Source: an uncultured delta proteobacterium
Lineage (GTDB): Bacteria; Myxococcota_A; UBA9160; SZUA-336
Length of the DNA stretch: 64,000 nucleotides
NCBI GenBank assembly: GCA_963704165.1
Contig: CAVPHD010000004.1
Span: forward strand, 192,001-256,000
Reading direction: 5' to 3'
The notes beneath the pieces are model-generated. The model was not told the DNA's origin. It saw only the letters and a program-made list of their open reading frames with translations, and did not search any database. The translations under genes and the position numbers were made by a program. Below, piece by piece: positions 12,501 through 22,632 of this stretch (position 1 is its first letter; the number at the start of each line of letters is the position of its first letter).

Positions 12501-13762
12501 ATGGCAGAGCAGAGTGCGGTCAAGGCCCGACCGAAGCCGAGCTGGCACGGCGCGGATCCGGCAGAGCCGGCCCTACCTCGACGATCCCTACCCCGTCTAC
12601 CGACGTCTTCGCGAGGAGCACCCGGTCAGCCTGACACCTGATGGTGTCTGGCGGCTCACGCGCTACGACGACTGCCTGCGCATGCTCCGTCTCACCGGCG
12701 CCGGCATGCGGCGCACCGACGGGACGCTTGCCCGGACAGACCCTCGAGGAGGCCGCGGCGGAAGAGCGCGGCCAGTTCATGCTGCTCACGGATCCGCCCA
12801 AGCACACGCGTCTGCGCAAGCTCGTTTCCAAGGCGTTCACGCCGCGCGCGATCGGAGCCTGGCGCCCGCGGATCGAAGCCGTGACCGACGAGCTGCTCGA
12901 CCGCGCGGAGAAGTCGCGGCGAGATGGATCTGATCGCGGACCTCGCGCTGCCGGTTCCCGCGACGCTGATCTGCGAGATGCTCGGCGTGCCGGTGGGAGA
13001 CCGCGACACGTTCACCGAGTGGACGGCCGATGCCACCCACGGCCTCGCGCTGCGCCGCGGAAATTCGCCGCCCGGAGATCGTCGAGCGCGTCGAGAAGGC
13101 TCGCATGGGCCTCGCTGGCTACTTCAACCGGCTGATCCAGGCCCGCCGCGGGCAGACCGGCGACGATCTGCTGAGCGTGCTGATCGCCGCGGAGGAAGAG
13201 GGCGATCGGCTCAGTCCCGAGGAGCTTCTGATCCAGTCGATCGGGCTGCTGATCGCCGGCTTCGAGACGACGATCGGGTTGATCGGCAACGGGCTCACCA
13301 CGCTGATCCGCAACCCCGGCGAGATCGCGCGGCTCCGCGCACAGCCCGAGCTGATCGAGAGCGCGGTCGAGGAGTGCTTGCGCTACTCGGGGCCGATCAC
13401 GTGGACGGTGCGCATCCTCCACGAGCCGGCCGAGTTCGGCGGCTACGCGCTCGACGCGAACGAAGAGGTCGCCGTCGGGCTCGCCGCCGCGAACCGCGAC
13501 CCCGAGCACGTTCGCCGATCCCGAACGCTTCGACATCGCGCGCTTCGCCGCGATCCCCGCACCACCGCCACATCTCTCCTTCGGCGGCGGCGCGCATCTG
13601 TGTCTCGGCGCGCACCTCGCGCGGCTCGAGTCGCAGATCGCCATCGGAAGGCTCGTGCAGCGCTTCACGGATCTCGAGCTCGTCGAGCCGAAGACGACCT
13701 GGGGACGCTCGCTCTTCCGGGTTCCGGCGCGGGTGCCGGTGCGGTTCCGCGCGAGCACCTGA
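12501..13762 (+). CDS. Cytochrome P450 (several frameshifts)
   Basis: DPPKHTRLRKLV, LIAGFETT, EECLR, ANRDP, heme motif FGGGAHLCLG; stop at 13760-13762. Confidence 0.88.
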
Positions 13763-13863
13763 GTGCGCCCATGATCGGGGGATCCGGCTCGCGGCCGCCA
13801 TCTCGGTCCCGCAACGGGACTTTTCGGCGTCGAAATCTGGTCTCTGGGCCGAGTATGAGCCAA

Positions 13864-13879
13864 TATGACGCCGCTCATA
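13864..13879 (+). promoter_or_regulatory. Crp/Fnr-type box TATGA-N6-TCATA upstream of the LuxR-type gene
   Basis: TATGACGCCGCTCATA; -10-like TACGGT at 13901 puts the box centre at -41.5. Confidence 0.65.
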
Positions 13880-13916
13880 CGCCGCGTTTGCACGCGGGAG
13901 TACGGTGTCACTGTCA

Positions 13917-14441
13917 ATGAAGACGAACTCCGAAATGAGCGAGATCCCGGCCGTTGTCGTGGCCCAGGTGAACGGCCGCGTGGTGAACCAGAACGCGACC
14001 GCCCGTCGCCTGATGGGAGACGGCGAAGGCCGCGACTGCTGGCACGTCGTCGGAGGTCTGAAGGACGCGGAAGGCTTGCCGTGTCGCACGGGCTGCGTCC
14101 GTGAGCTGCTCGCGAGCGGAATGGACCGCGCCCGGCACACGCGCATCTCGCTCGCCGGGCGACAGCACTCCCTGACCTGCGTGCCGATCGAGGGCGCGGT
14201 CGTCTGTTCGCTGAGCTCGCCCTCGGCGCAGCAGCCGGAGACGTGGGAGCTGCTCACCGCGCGCGAGCGCGACGTGCTTCGGCTTCTCGCGCTCGGAAAG
14301 ACCGACCGCGCGATCGCGGCCGACCTCGGGCTCAGCAGCTCGACGGTGCGAACCCACGTCGAGCACATGCGCTCCAAGCTCGGCGTCGGCACGCGGGCCG
14401 CGTTGGTCGCCCGCGGCTTCGACCTGGGTTTCCTGTGCTGA
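13917..14441 (+). CDS. LuxR-family HTH regulator with PAS-like Cys-containing N-terminus
   Basis: LTARERDVLRLLALGKTDRAIAADLGLSSSTVRTH; N-terminal NQNATARRLMG..CWH..CRTGC. Confidence 0.85.
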   Translation: MKTNSEMSEIPAVVVAQVNGRVVNQNATARRLMGDGEGRDCWHVVGGLKDAEGLPCRTGCVRELLASGMDRARHTRISLAGRQHSLTCVPIEGAVVCSLSSPSAQQPETWELLTARERDVLRLLALGKTDRAIAADLGLSSSTVRTHVEHMRSKLGVGTRAALVARGFDLGFLC

Positions 14442-14470
14442 CGCCGCTCGCCGCGGCTTCGCGCTTCGAG

Positions 14471-14488
14471 ATCGGTCAAATGACCGAT
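14471..14488. promoter_or_regulatory. 18-bp palindrome upstream of the nod-like gene
   Basis: ATCGGTCA-AA-TGACCGAT, 120 bp upstream of ATG 14608. Confidence 0.5.
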
Positions 14489-14607
14489 TCGCAGCAGATC
14501 CGACCCTGCCTAGGATCTCGCCGGATTTCCATCCGGACGTTTTCGATTCCAAGACGGGAATGGTGCCGTCTTGTTGTGTCGCCTCCAACCGACCGAGGGA
14601 GCCAGAA

Positions 14608-16931
14608 ATGAGCAATGAGAAGAGGAACCTAGCCCAAGTACTGCACGACAAGAAAACGTGGTGGGTCCACTTTCTGATCGTCGCTGCAATCTGTCTGAGC
14701 GGGCTCGTCTATCTCGGCACGGAGACCTACTACGGGGGCTCCGCCGCTCGAGAGCTACGTCTCGACCTCGGGCGAGGTGGTGATCCCGCTCGAGCAGATC
14801 AAGCAGGGTCAGGAGGTCTTCCACCTCCGCGGTCTGATGCTCTACGGCTCCTTCTGGGGTGACGGTGCCGAGCGCGGGCCGGACTTCACGGCCGACGCCC
14901 TGCACCGGACCGCCGTCGCGATGCGGGAGTACTACGAGCGGCACACGGAAGGGGCGCTGACGCAGTACGACAAGGACGCGATCAGGGCCCGGGTGATCCG
15001 CGAGATCAAGACGAACACCTGGAACGAGGGCGCGAAGAACATCGTGGTCAACGATGCTCAGATCCACGCGTTCCAGGAGCTGAAGACGCACTACACCAAG
15101 ATGTTCAACGACCCCGAGTACGCGGAGGCGTTCGAGCCGACGGGATTCATCAGCGACCAGGCCCAGCTCGACGCCCTGTCGGCGTTCTTCTTCTGGGGTG
15201 GTTGGGTTTCCGGCGCGAAGCGGCCGGGTCAGGAGTACAGCTACACGCACAACTGGCCGTACGATCCGGAGGCCGGCAATCTCGCGACGAACGAGACCCT
15301 GATCTGGAGCGTGGTCTCCATCTTCGGACTCTTCCTCGGCGTGCTCGTCATCCTGTACGTCTACGGCCAGTTCAAGGAGGAGGGCGATCCGTTCACGGGT
15401 AACGGGACGTCGCTCACCACGAACGACCTCGAGGTGGGCCGCATCCGCGCTACGCAGAGGGCCTGCTACAAGTTCTTCGTCCTCTCGATCATCCTGTTCG
15501 GGCTCCAGGTTCTCGCGGGAATGCTCGCGGCCACCGACTTCGTTCGCCCGTTCGGGATCTCGCTCGCGAGCATCATCCCGTTCACCGTTCTGCGCAGCTA
15601 CCACACGCTGTTCCAGATCTACTGGTTCTTCATGGCATGGGTCGGCTACACGGTCTTCTTCCTGCCGCGAATCTCGCGAGTTCCGGATGGCCAGCTCTTC
15701 CTGATCAACCTGCTCTTCGCGATCTGCATCGTGACGGGCGTCGGCGCGCTGGTCGGCATCTACGCCGGACAGACCGGAATGATCACCGGTCAGACCGCCT
15801 ACTGGTTCGGAAGCCAGGGCTGGGAGTTCATGGAGCTCGGCCGCGCCTTCCAGTACACGCTGCTCAGCTCGTTCGCGCTGTGGATCTTCATCATCTACCG
15901 CGCGGTCAAGCCGTGGCTGACGACGAAGAACGTCTGGTCGGTTCCTTCGTGGCTGCTCTACGGCAGCGGCATCATGGTCGGCTTCCTGTTCTTCGGGCTG
16001 ATGATCTCGCCCGATCAGAACTGGGCCGTCGCCGACTACTGGCGCTGGATGGTCGTGCACATGTGGGTGGAGGTGACCTTCGAGGTCTTCACCACCGTGA
16101 TCGTCGGCTACATGCTCGTACAGATGGGCCTGATCTCGCGCATGATGTGCGAGCGGGTCATCTTCCTGGCCGTCATGATGTTCCTCGTCACCGCGACGCT
16201 GGGCATCTCGCACAACTTCTACTGGATCGCGAAGCCGACCGGCATCATCGCGGTGGGCGGAGTCTTCTCCACCCTCCAGGTGCTGCCGCTGCTGCTCCTG
16301 ACGCTCGATGCGTGGCGCATGAAGTCCGAGGCGGTCCGCGCGCGGACGCACCTCCTCGCGGGACGGCAGGTCTACGTGATGGAAGGTGTCTGGCTGTACG
16401 TCCTCGCGGTCAACTTCTGGAACATCTTCGGAGCCGGCGTCTTCGGCTCGCTCATCAACCTTCCGATCGTCAACTACTACGAGCACGCGACCTACCTCAC
16501 CGGCAACCACGCACACGCGGCGATGTTCGGTGTGAAGGGCAACATCGCGATCGGCGGAATGCTGTTCTGCGCTCAGCACCTGCTCCCGAACAAGGTCTGG
16601 AACGAGAAGCTGATCCGGACGTCCTTCTGGTCGATGCAGATCGGTCTGCTTGATGATGATGGGTCTGGATCTGTTCCCGGTCGGCGTCTACCAGCTCATG
16701 CTCGTCTTCCGGGAAGGCCTGTGGTTCGCACGGACCCAGGAGGTTCTGACCGGGCCGGTGTGGGCGACCCTGACCTACATGCGCTCGATCGGTGGAACGC
16801 TGTTCATCGTGGGCGGCGTGCTGCCCCTGATCTGGCTGTTCCTGTCCAGGGCCGGCCAGCTTCGGCAGGAGACCCCGGAGCTCGAGCAAGAGGGCGAGTG
16901 GACCGTCTACGAGAAGGACTGGGCAGCGTGA
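14608..16931 (+). CDS. nod: qNor-family protein with NO dismutase (Nod) signature; frameshifts near 14731 and 16650
   Basis: YGSFWGDGAERGPDFTADALH, YTHNWPYDP, RSYH, HMWVEVTFEVF, GISHNFYW, FSTLQVLP, NHAHAAMFG, RSIGG. Confidence 0.85.
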
Positions 16932-16946
16932 GCTGACCCGGACGAG

Positions 16947-16999
16947 GAGGGGGTTCCGGCGCACAGCGGGTCGAGCCCGTCGGACGCCGGAGCCCCCTC
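16947..16999 (+). terminator. Strong GC-rich hairpin after the nod-like gene
   Basis: GAGGGGGTTCCGGCG/CGCCGGAGCCCCCTC (15 bp, one G-U pair) enclosing CGGG/CCCG; weak U tract. Confidence 0.45.
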
Positions 17000-17082
17000 G
17001 ACGTTTCCATCGCGCTCGCGGGATAATGTGATGGGTCCGGTCGCGCACCGCGCGAATCGGATCGTGAGCTGGGAGTGCGCCC

Positions 17083-17460
17083 GTGGCCAACATGATCACC
17101 GAGGAATGCGTCAATTGCGGTGCATGTGAGCGCATGTGCCCGGGCGGCGGGATCTCCCAAGGGGAAGAGACGTTCGTCATCGATCCCAGCCGCTGCACCG
17201 AGTGTGTCGGCTTCCATCACACGCAGCAGTGCGCGCGGGTCTGCCCGGTCGATTGCTGCGTGATCGATCCGAACAACATCGAGACCGAGGCCGTGCTCTT
17301 CGAGCGCGCACAGAAGCTGCACGACATCACGGGCCGCGAAGTCGTGCTCGGGCCGGAGACTTCGCACTACCAAGCCCACAAGCGCACGCTCGGCACGACG
17401 CTGAAGAAGCTGAGCCGAGGCCTGACCGACGTCCTTCAGGGGCCTCGACGGCGTTCCTGA
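17083..17460 (+). CDS. YfhL-like 2x[4Fe-4S] ferredoxin
   Basis: CVNCGACERMCP and CTECVGFHHTQQCARVCPVDC. Confidence 0.88.
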   Translation: MANMITEECVNCGACERMCPGGGISQGEETFVIDPSRCTECVGFHHTQQCARVCPVDCCVIDPNNIETEAVLFERAQKLHDITGREVVLGPETSHYQAHKRTLGTTLKKLSRGLTDVLQGPRRRS

Positions 17461-17508
17461 ATCGCTCCGCTGCGAGAGCCTGACTCCCCTGCGTCGAGCC
17501 CCATGACA

Positions 17509-17524
17509 TATGATCGACGTCATG
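17509..17524 (+). promoter_or_regulatory. Crp/Fnr-type box (one mismatch)
   Basis: TATGATCGACGTCATG; GACAAT at 17546 gives a centre at -41.5. Confidence 0.5.
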
Positions 17525-17607
17525 GAGAATCCTGCCTTCGCTGACGACAATTCGAAGAAGCCCATGATGATCCCGCTTTCATCCTCTACCGGTCGGGTGC
17601 TTTAGAG

Positions 17608-17895
17608 ATGTGGAAGTACTACGCGCTGATGTTCGTCGCCGTTGCGCTGATTCTCGCGTACACGTACGTTGCGGACCCCTGCCACAAGATGCTTCGAACC
17701 GACTTCGCGAAGGCGAATCCCAACTTCGTGATCCTGGATTCGGAGGCCGAGTCGGGTGCCCCGGAGAGTGTTCACTGCCGGATCTCGTATCAGAAGCCCG
17801 GTGACGACGGGACGTACGAAGACGTCTGGGTCTACCACCGGGGGAGACGGGTTGGGAGTTCTCCCGGGTCAGCGAGTCGGGAGCAAAGAGGCTGA
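17608..17895 (+). CDS. Small membrane-anchored hypothetical protein
   Basis: MWKYYALMFVAVALILAYTYV TM segment; 3' end possibly frameshifted. Confidence 0.55.
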   Translation: MWKYYALMFVAVALILAYTYVADPCHKMLRTDFAKANPNFVILDSEAESGAPESVHCRISYQKPGDDGTYEDVWVYHRGRRVGSSPGSASREQRG

Positions 17896-17944
17896 CCTCC
17901 CCGTGACCTACGGTCCGCATCGCGTATCGGCGAATAGCGGCTGG

Positions 17945-18961
17945 ATGTGTCCCCGTTTCAACTCGGCGAGCCTTTTGCGCATGGTCCGCGAAGTGGCCCC
18001 GGGAGTTCTCGGCTTTCAGATGGGCGTGGAGCTGCGATTGTGGCTTCAGCGTCGGCGGGTCGGTGGAGAGCGCGTGCTTCCGACGGCGCTCTATCTCGAG
18101 ACGTCGAGCTACTGCGCCGGCGCCTGCGCCAATTGCTATGTGCCGGCCGTCGATCGTCGCCAACACCTCCAACTCGATGTCGGCATGCTCGATCGTCTGC
18201 TCGTCGCTGCAGAGAAGCTGCCGATCGCGTACGTCTGCATCGTCGGTGGCGAGCCGCTGGACCCATCGATCGTCGATCTCAACTTGCGCCTCGTGCGCGA
18301 GCACCCGCGCACGCGGTTCCTGATCTGCACGAGCGGTGAGCCGGAGATCGGGCCGGAGCTCGGACGCGAGCTCGGTGCGCTCCGCAACCTCTCCCTTCTG
18401 ATCTCGTTCGAAGGCCTTCCCGAGACGCATCAGAGCATCCGCCCCCGCGGCTCCTTCGACAACGCGAGCGCCGCCTTGGATGCCTACCGTCGCTACAGCG
18501 GCAGTCTGTGCGGAGCGAGCGTCACGCTCCGTCCGGACAACTGGCAAGAGGCCACGGGTCCGGAGTTCTTCCGGCAGCTCACGAGCGCGGGTGCTCAGTA
18601 CTTCGTCTACGCTCCGTGTGAGACCCGAACCGGGAACCAGATGCTGAGCCCGGAGCTGCACGCCAGCGCTCTCGATCGACTCGCCGAGCTCTCCGCATCG
18701 TCGAGTGCGCTGGTCTTCTCGTACCCCTTCGGACAGATCCAGGGACGACGAATCGCGCCCGCTCGACGCTTTCGTTCCCTCACCGTGGACTACCTGGGCA
18801 ACGTCTACATCGCGCGCCGTGGTGCGTGCTTCGGCAACGTCTACGACACCGACCTCGCTACGCTGCTCTCTCGGCCCGCGCTCCAGACCGCGTACAGTCA
18901 GGCCGCCGCTGGCCCCGCCCACTGGCGTCCGACGTCGGTGCCGACGGGCGCTTGGACCTGA
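17945..18961 (+). CDS. Radical SAM protein of unknown function
   Basis: CAGACANCY, GGEP, ISFEG; start uncertain. Confidence 0.8.
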   Translation: MCPRFNSASLLRMVREVAPGVLGFQMGVELRLWLQRRRVGGERVLPTALYLETSSYCAGACANCYVPAVDRRQHLQLDVGMLDRLLVAAEKLPIAYVCIVGGEPLDPSIVDLNLRLVREHPRTRFLICTSGEPEIGPELGRELGALRNLSLLISFEGLPETHQSIRPRGSFDNASAALDAYRRYSGSLCGASVTLRPDNWQEATGPEFFRQLTSAGAQYFVYAPCETRTGNQMLSPELHASALDRLAELSASSSALVFSYPFGQIQGRRIAPARRFRSLTVDYLGNVYIARRGACFGNVYDTDLATLLSRPALQTAYSQAAAGPAHWRPTSVPTGAWT

Positions 18962-18979
18962 GCTCGACGATTCACGTCC

Positions 18980-19597
18980 TCACAGGTAGAGGCAGACGTA
19001 GAGCACGGGCCAGATGCCGACGGCGAAATACCACGAGATGCACGCGGCCGAGAAGGCGCTGCTACTCAGCGCGGCCCTCGCGGGGACGTTCTCATCGCGG
19101 AAGGGCTTGAGGCGCAGCCAGATGACGCTCAGGAAGCTCAGCGTCCCCACCACGTGCAAGGCGTGCATTCCGACGATGATGCAGAAGAACACGCCGTGAT
19201 CGCTCGAGGTCAGCGTCAGGCCGTCGTCGATCAAGTTGCGCCACACGATGCCCTGGAAGAACAGGAAGAAGCTGCCCAGAACGATCGCGGCCAGGAGGAG
19301 TGGACCGATTCGCGCGTCTCGATTGTCCCAGGTGCGCGCTGCCCGGAACACGAGGGCGCCGCTTGCCAGCAGTGCGGCGGTGTTGATCGCGGTCTCGCCC
19401 AGCGGGAACCAAGGCTGATTCGGGGGCGGCCAGACGGTGCCATCTACCGATCGCGTCAGCATGAACGCGGTCACCATTCCGAGGAACATCATCGCCTCGG
19501 AGACCACGATGACGATCATCGCGACCATGCCGCGATCGATCGCGAATCGGCGCGCGCGTCGATGCGGCTGAATCGAGACCACGTTCTGTCCGCTCAT
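18980..19597 (-). CDS. Heme-copper oxidase subunit III / NorE-like membrane protein
   Basis: SEAMMF, NTAALLASG, GMHALHV, WYFAVGIW. Confidence 0.78.
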   Translation of the reverse strand: MSGQNVVSIQPHRRARRFAIDRGMVAMIVIVVSEAMMFLGMVTAFMLTRSVDGTVWPPPNQPWFPLGETAINTAALLASGALVFRAARTWDNRDARIGPLLLAAIVLGSFFLFFQGIVWRNLIDDGLTLTSSDHGVFFCIIVGMHALHVVGTLSFLSVIWLRLKPFRDENVPARAALSSSAFSAACISWYFAVGIWPVLYVCLYL

Positions 19598-19719
19598 GCG
19601 CTGGACTCCCGCACGGGGCCGCTCGTCGGTGGGCACCACCGTCACGGCTTTCGAACGAATCGCATTCTATCAGTCGGCGACGCCGTCCGCCCAGGTCCGG
19701 CGGCAGAGGCTTCGGAAGC

Positions 19720-20373
19720 ATGCGAGTGACGGCGATCATCTTCGACATGGACGGCACGCTCGCCGATTCCATGGAGCAGTACTACGGGATGGCACGCGAC
19801 GTCACGGAGCTGGCGGGCGCGCCACCGGTCTCGCGCGAGCGCGTCCTGGCCCTGATGGGCAGCGGAGAGCCCGAGCTTCTCCGGCGTCTGCTCCCGGACG
19901 ACTTCCTCGACGCCGAGGCCGTGTTGCAGCGCGTGGTGCGCATGCGGATGGCAAGCTGGATCCGCAGCCTCGACGAGATCGATCCGCTGCCCGGCTGTGT
20001 CGATCTGCTCCGCCACCTGCACGGCGAAGGCCGTCAGCTCGGAATCGCCACGTCGTCGGGGCGCGCGCTTCCGTACCTGGACCGTTGGGGTGTGCGCGGT
20101 GTCTTCTCGTCGATCGTCGGTCGCGAAGACGTGGCCAATCGCAAGCCGCACCCCGAGCCGGTTCTCCGTTGCCTCGCCGGCCTCGGAGTCGCGAACGAGC
20201 GCGCGCTCTACGTCGGAGATTCGCCGATCGACATCGCCGCCGGGCGCGCAGCGGGCGTGCGCACCGTCGGTGTTCTCACCGGCACCAGCACGCGCGATGT
20301 GCTCGAAGCCGCGGAACCCGACCACGTACTCGCGAGCGCGGCCGAGCTGCCGGAGCTGCTCCGCGACGAATGA
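19720..20373 (+). CDS. HAD-family hydrolase
   Basis: FDMDGTL, KPHPEP, YVGDSPID. Confidence 0.9.
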   Translation: MRVTAIIFDMDGTLADSMEQYYGMARDVTELAGAPPVSRERVLALMGSGEPELLRRLLPDDFLDAEAVLQRVVRMRMASWIRSLDEIDPLPGCVDLLRHLHGEGRQLGIATSSGRALPYLDRWGVRGVFSSIVGREDVANRKPHPEPVLRCLAGLGVANERALYVGDSPIDIAAGRAAGVRTVGVLTGTSTRDVLEAAEPDHVLASAAELPELLRDE

Positions 20374-20391
20374 GGCGTCGATGGGTTCCGG

Positions 20392-20719
20392 TCAGATTGC
20401 GCCGAGAAGACCGAGAGGCGTGCCGTCCGCGCTCACGAACGCGAGAGGTGGATCGGCGGGGTAGCCGAGATCGACGAGCTGCGCGCGCCAGGCGTGCACC
20501 GTCGCGCCGGCCATCAGAAGCACCCGCGTAGTGCGCGGCTGATCCGGGGACGATCTCGAATTCGATCTCGTGCGCCTCTTCCCCGAGTCGTCCCAGGCGC
20601 CACGGGCGAATTGTGATCAGCTCGGGATCGCCGGATCCCGCCCCCACGAGGCACACGAGGCCGCTCGCTGCGAGTCCTCCCGCAATTCCAGCACTCGAAG
20701 GTCGCGCGGCGAGATCCAT
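20392..20719 (-). pseudogene. nirE: Internally deleted remnant of uroporphyrinogen-III C-methyltransferase (NirE/CobA)
   Basis: VCLVGAGSGDPELIT, GEEA..FEIVPG..YAG, then in another frame LLMAG...LVDLGYPADPPLAFVSADGT; about 110 codons in total. Confidence 0.6.
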
Positions 20720-20894
20720 GCCGCGCTACTGAGGCGGAACGCCCTCTTTTGCCGACCGATCTCGACAGAAGCGCCACAACGATAGCGAGTGGATAGTGGC
20801 AATTTGCACCATAATTCGTGGTTCCTGCCCATCCGATCCGGCTCCAGACGGCTCGCAGCGAATCTGGCGCGTGCGGCGACGCCGTCCTCGGAGC

Positions 20895-20910
20895 GGGTAT
20901 CCGACTTGCA
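20895..20910 (+). promoter_or_regulatory. Possible sigma54 promoter of nirS
   Basis: GGGTATC-CGAC-TTGCA with GG-N10-GC spacing, 24 nt before ATG and RBS GGGAGG. Confidence 0.45.
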
Positions 20911-20934
20911 ATTGGCCGCCGCGGGAGGTCCGAC

Positions 20935-22617
20935 ATGCGCCATCTCGCAACGAATCGCACCCACTCTTTCGAACGAGCCCTCGCCCTGACGGCGCGAGTG
21001 CTCGGGTGCGTGCTCGCGATCGCGATCCTGGCGGGGTCCGCGTTTGCGGCCGAGCCCGCCAAGACCCCGGCGGTGGTCAAGCAGCCGGTGCCGAAGCTCA
21101 CCCCTGCCGAGCTCGCGGAGGGCACGCAGATCTACTTCGATCGCTGTGCGGGCTGCCATGGAACGCTTCGCAAGGGCGCGACCGGACCGAAGATCGACGA
21201 CGAGGCGATGCTCGAGAAGACTCTTTCGAAGCTCGAGGAAGTCATTCACGACGGCACCGACGCCGGCATGCCGGGCTGGGGCCGCACCGGCGAGATGACC
21301 GCGGCGCAGACCAAGCTGATGGCGAAGTTCCTGCAGAACCCGCCTCCGATTCCGCCCGAGATGAGCCTCGCGGACATGAAGAAGAGCCACAAAGTCTACG
21401 TGCCCGTCGACAAGCGGCCGACGAAGCCGCAGCACAAGTACGACGTGGACGAGCTCTTCGGCGTGATTCTGCGCGACGCGGGCAAGGGCGCGATCATCGA
21501 CGGCAAGAGCAAGGAGCTCATGACCGTCGTCGACACCGGCTTCGCGGTCCACATCTTCCGCTCGTCGGGGACCGGCCGCTACTTCTACACGATCGGCCGC
21601 GACGGCAAGGTGAGCCTGATCGACCTGTTCGCAGCCAAGCCCACCGTGGTCGCCGAGGTTCGAACTTGTTCCGACGCGCGCAGCGTCGAGGTTTCGAAGT
21701 ACAAGGGTCCGAAGGGCGACTTCGTCGACAAGCTCGCGATCGTCGGCTGCTACTGGCCGCCGCAGCTCGTGATCCTCGACGGGCAGACGCTCGAGCCCAA
21801 GAAGGTCATCTCCACCCGATCGATGACCTACGACACCAACGAGTACCACCCCGAGCCGCGCGTTGCGACGATCATCGCTTCGCACTTCGACACGGAGTGG
21901 GTCATCGCGATCAAGGAGACGGGTCTCGTCTGGCTGCTCGACTACTCGGACCTCGTCAACGTCAAGATGCACCAGATCGAGACCGAGCGGTTCCTCCACG
22001 ACGGCGGATGGGACGCGACGAAGCGCTACCTGCTGATCGCCGCCAACATGCGCGACCAGATGGTCGTCGTGGATACGAAGGAGAAGAAGTTCGTCACCAA
22101 GTTCGAGACCGGCGTGAAGCCCCATCCCGGGCGTGGCGCGAACTGGGACGATCCGGAGTTCGGTCCGGTGAGCGCGACCACGCACCTCGGCGAGGGGAAG
22201 ATCACGGTCTACGGATCCGACCCCGCGGGTCATCCGCAGCACGCGTGGAAGATCGTGCGTGAGCAGGAGACGGCGGGTCCGGGTCTCTTCCTCAAGACCC
22301 ACCCGAAGAGCGAGAACGTCTGGACCGACGCGACCTTCGCGAAGGACGGCAACTCGAATCAGACGATCTGTGTCTTCAAGAAGAAGAGCTTCGACGACGG
22401 CGCCCAGTGTTTCGAGGCGACCAAGCACGGGAAGATCGTGCACTTCGAGTACAACAAGGCCGGCGACGAGGTCTGGGCGTCCGTCTGGGACAGGAAGGGC
22501 GTGCTGATCGTCTACGACGACAAGACGCTCGAGGAGAAGGCTCGGATCGAGGCGGACTGGCTGGTGACTCCCACCGGGAAGTGGAACGTCTACAACACCG
22601 TTCACGACGTCTACTGA
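20935..22617 (+). CDS. nirS: Cytochrome cd1 nitrite reductase
   Basis: CAGCHGTLRKGATG, GRDG, YWPP, YHPEPRVA, FLHDGG, PHPGRGAN, TPTGKWNV. Confidence 0.96.
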   Translation: MRHLATNRTHSFERALALTARVLGCVLAIAILAGSAFAAEPAKTPAVVKQPVPKLTPAELAEGTQIYFDRCAGCHGTLRKGATGPKIDDEAMLEKTLSKLEEVIHDGTDAGMPGWGRTGEMTAAQTKLMAKFLQNPPPIPPEMSLADMKKSHKVYVPVDKRPTKPQHKYDVDELFGVILRDAGKGAIIDGKSKELMTVVDTGFAVHIFRSSGTGRYFYTIGRDGKVSLIDLFAAKPTVVAEVRTCSDARSVEVSKYKGPKGDFVDKLAIVGCYWPPQLVILDGQTLEPKKVISTRSMTYDTNEYHPEPRVATIIASHFDTEWVIAIKETGLVWLLDYSDLVNVKMHQIETERFLHDGGWDATKRYLLIAANMRDQMVVVDTKEKKFVTKFETGVKPHPGRGANWDDPEFGPVSATTHLGEGKITVYGSDPAGHPQHAWKIVREQETAGPGLFLKTHPKSENVWTDATFAKDGNSNQTICVFKKKSFDDGAQCFEATKHGKIVHFEYNKAGDEVWASVWDRKGVLIVYDDKTLEEKARIEADWLVTPTGKWNVYNTVHDVY

Positions 22618-22632
22618 TCGGAGGAAGGATTC

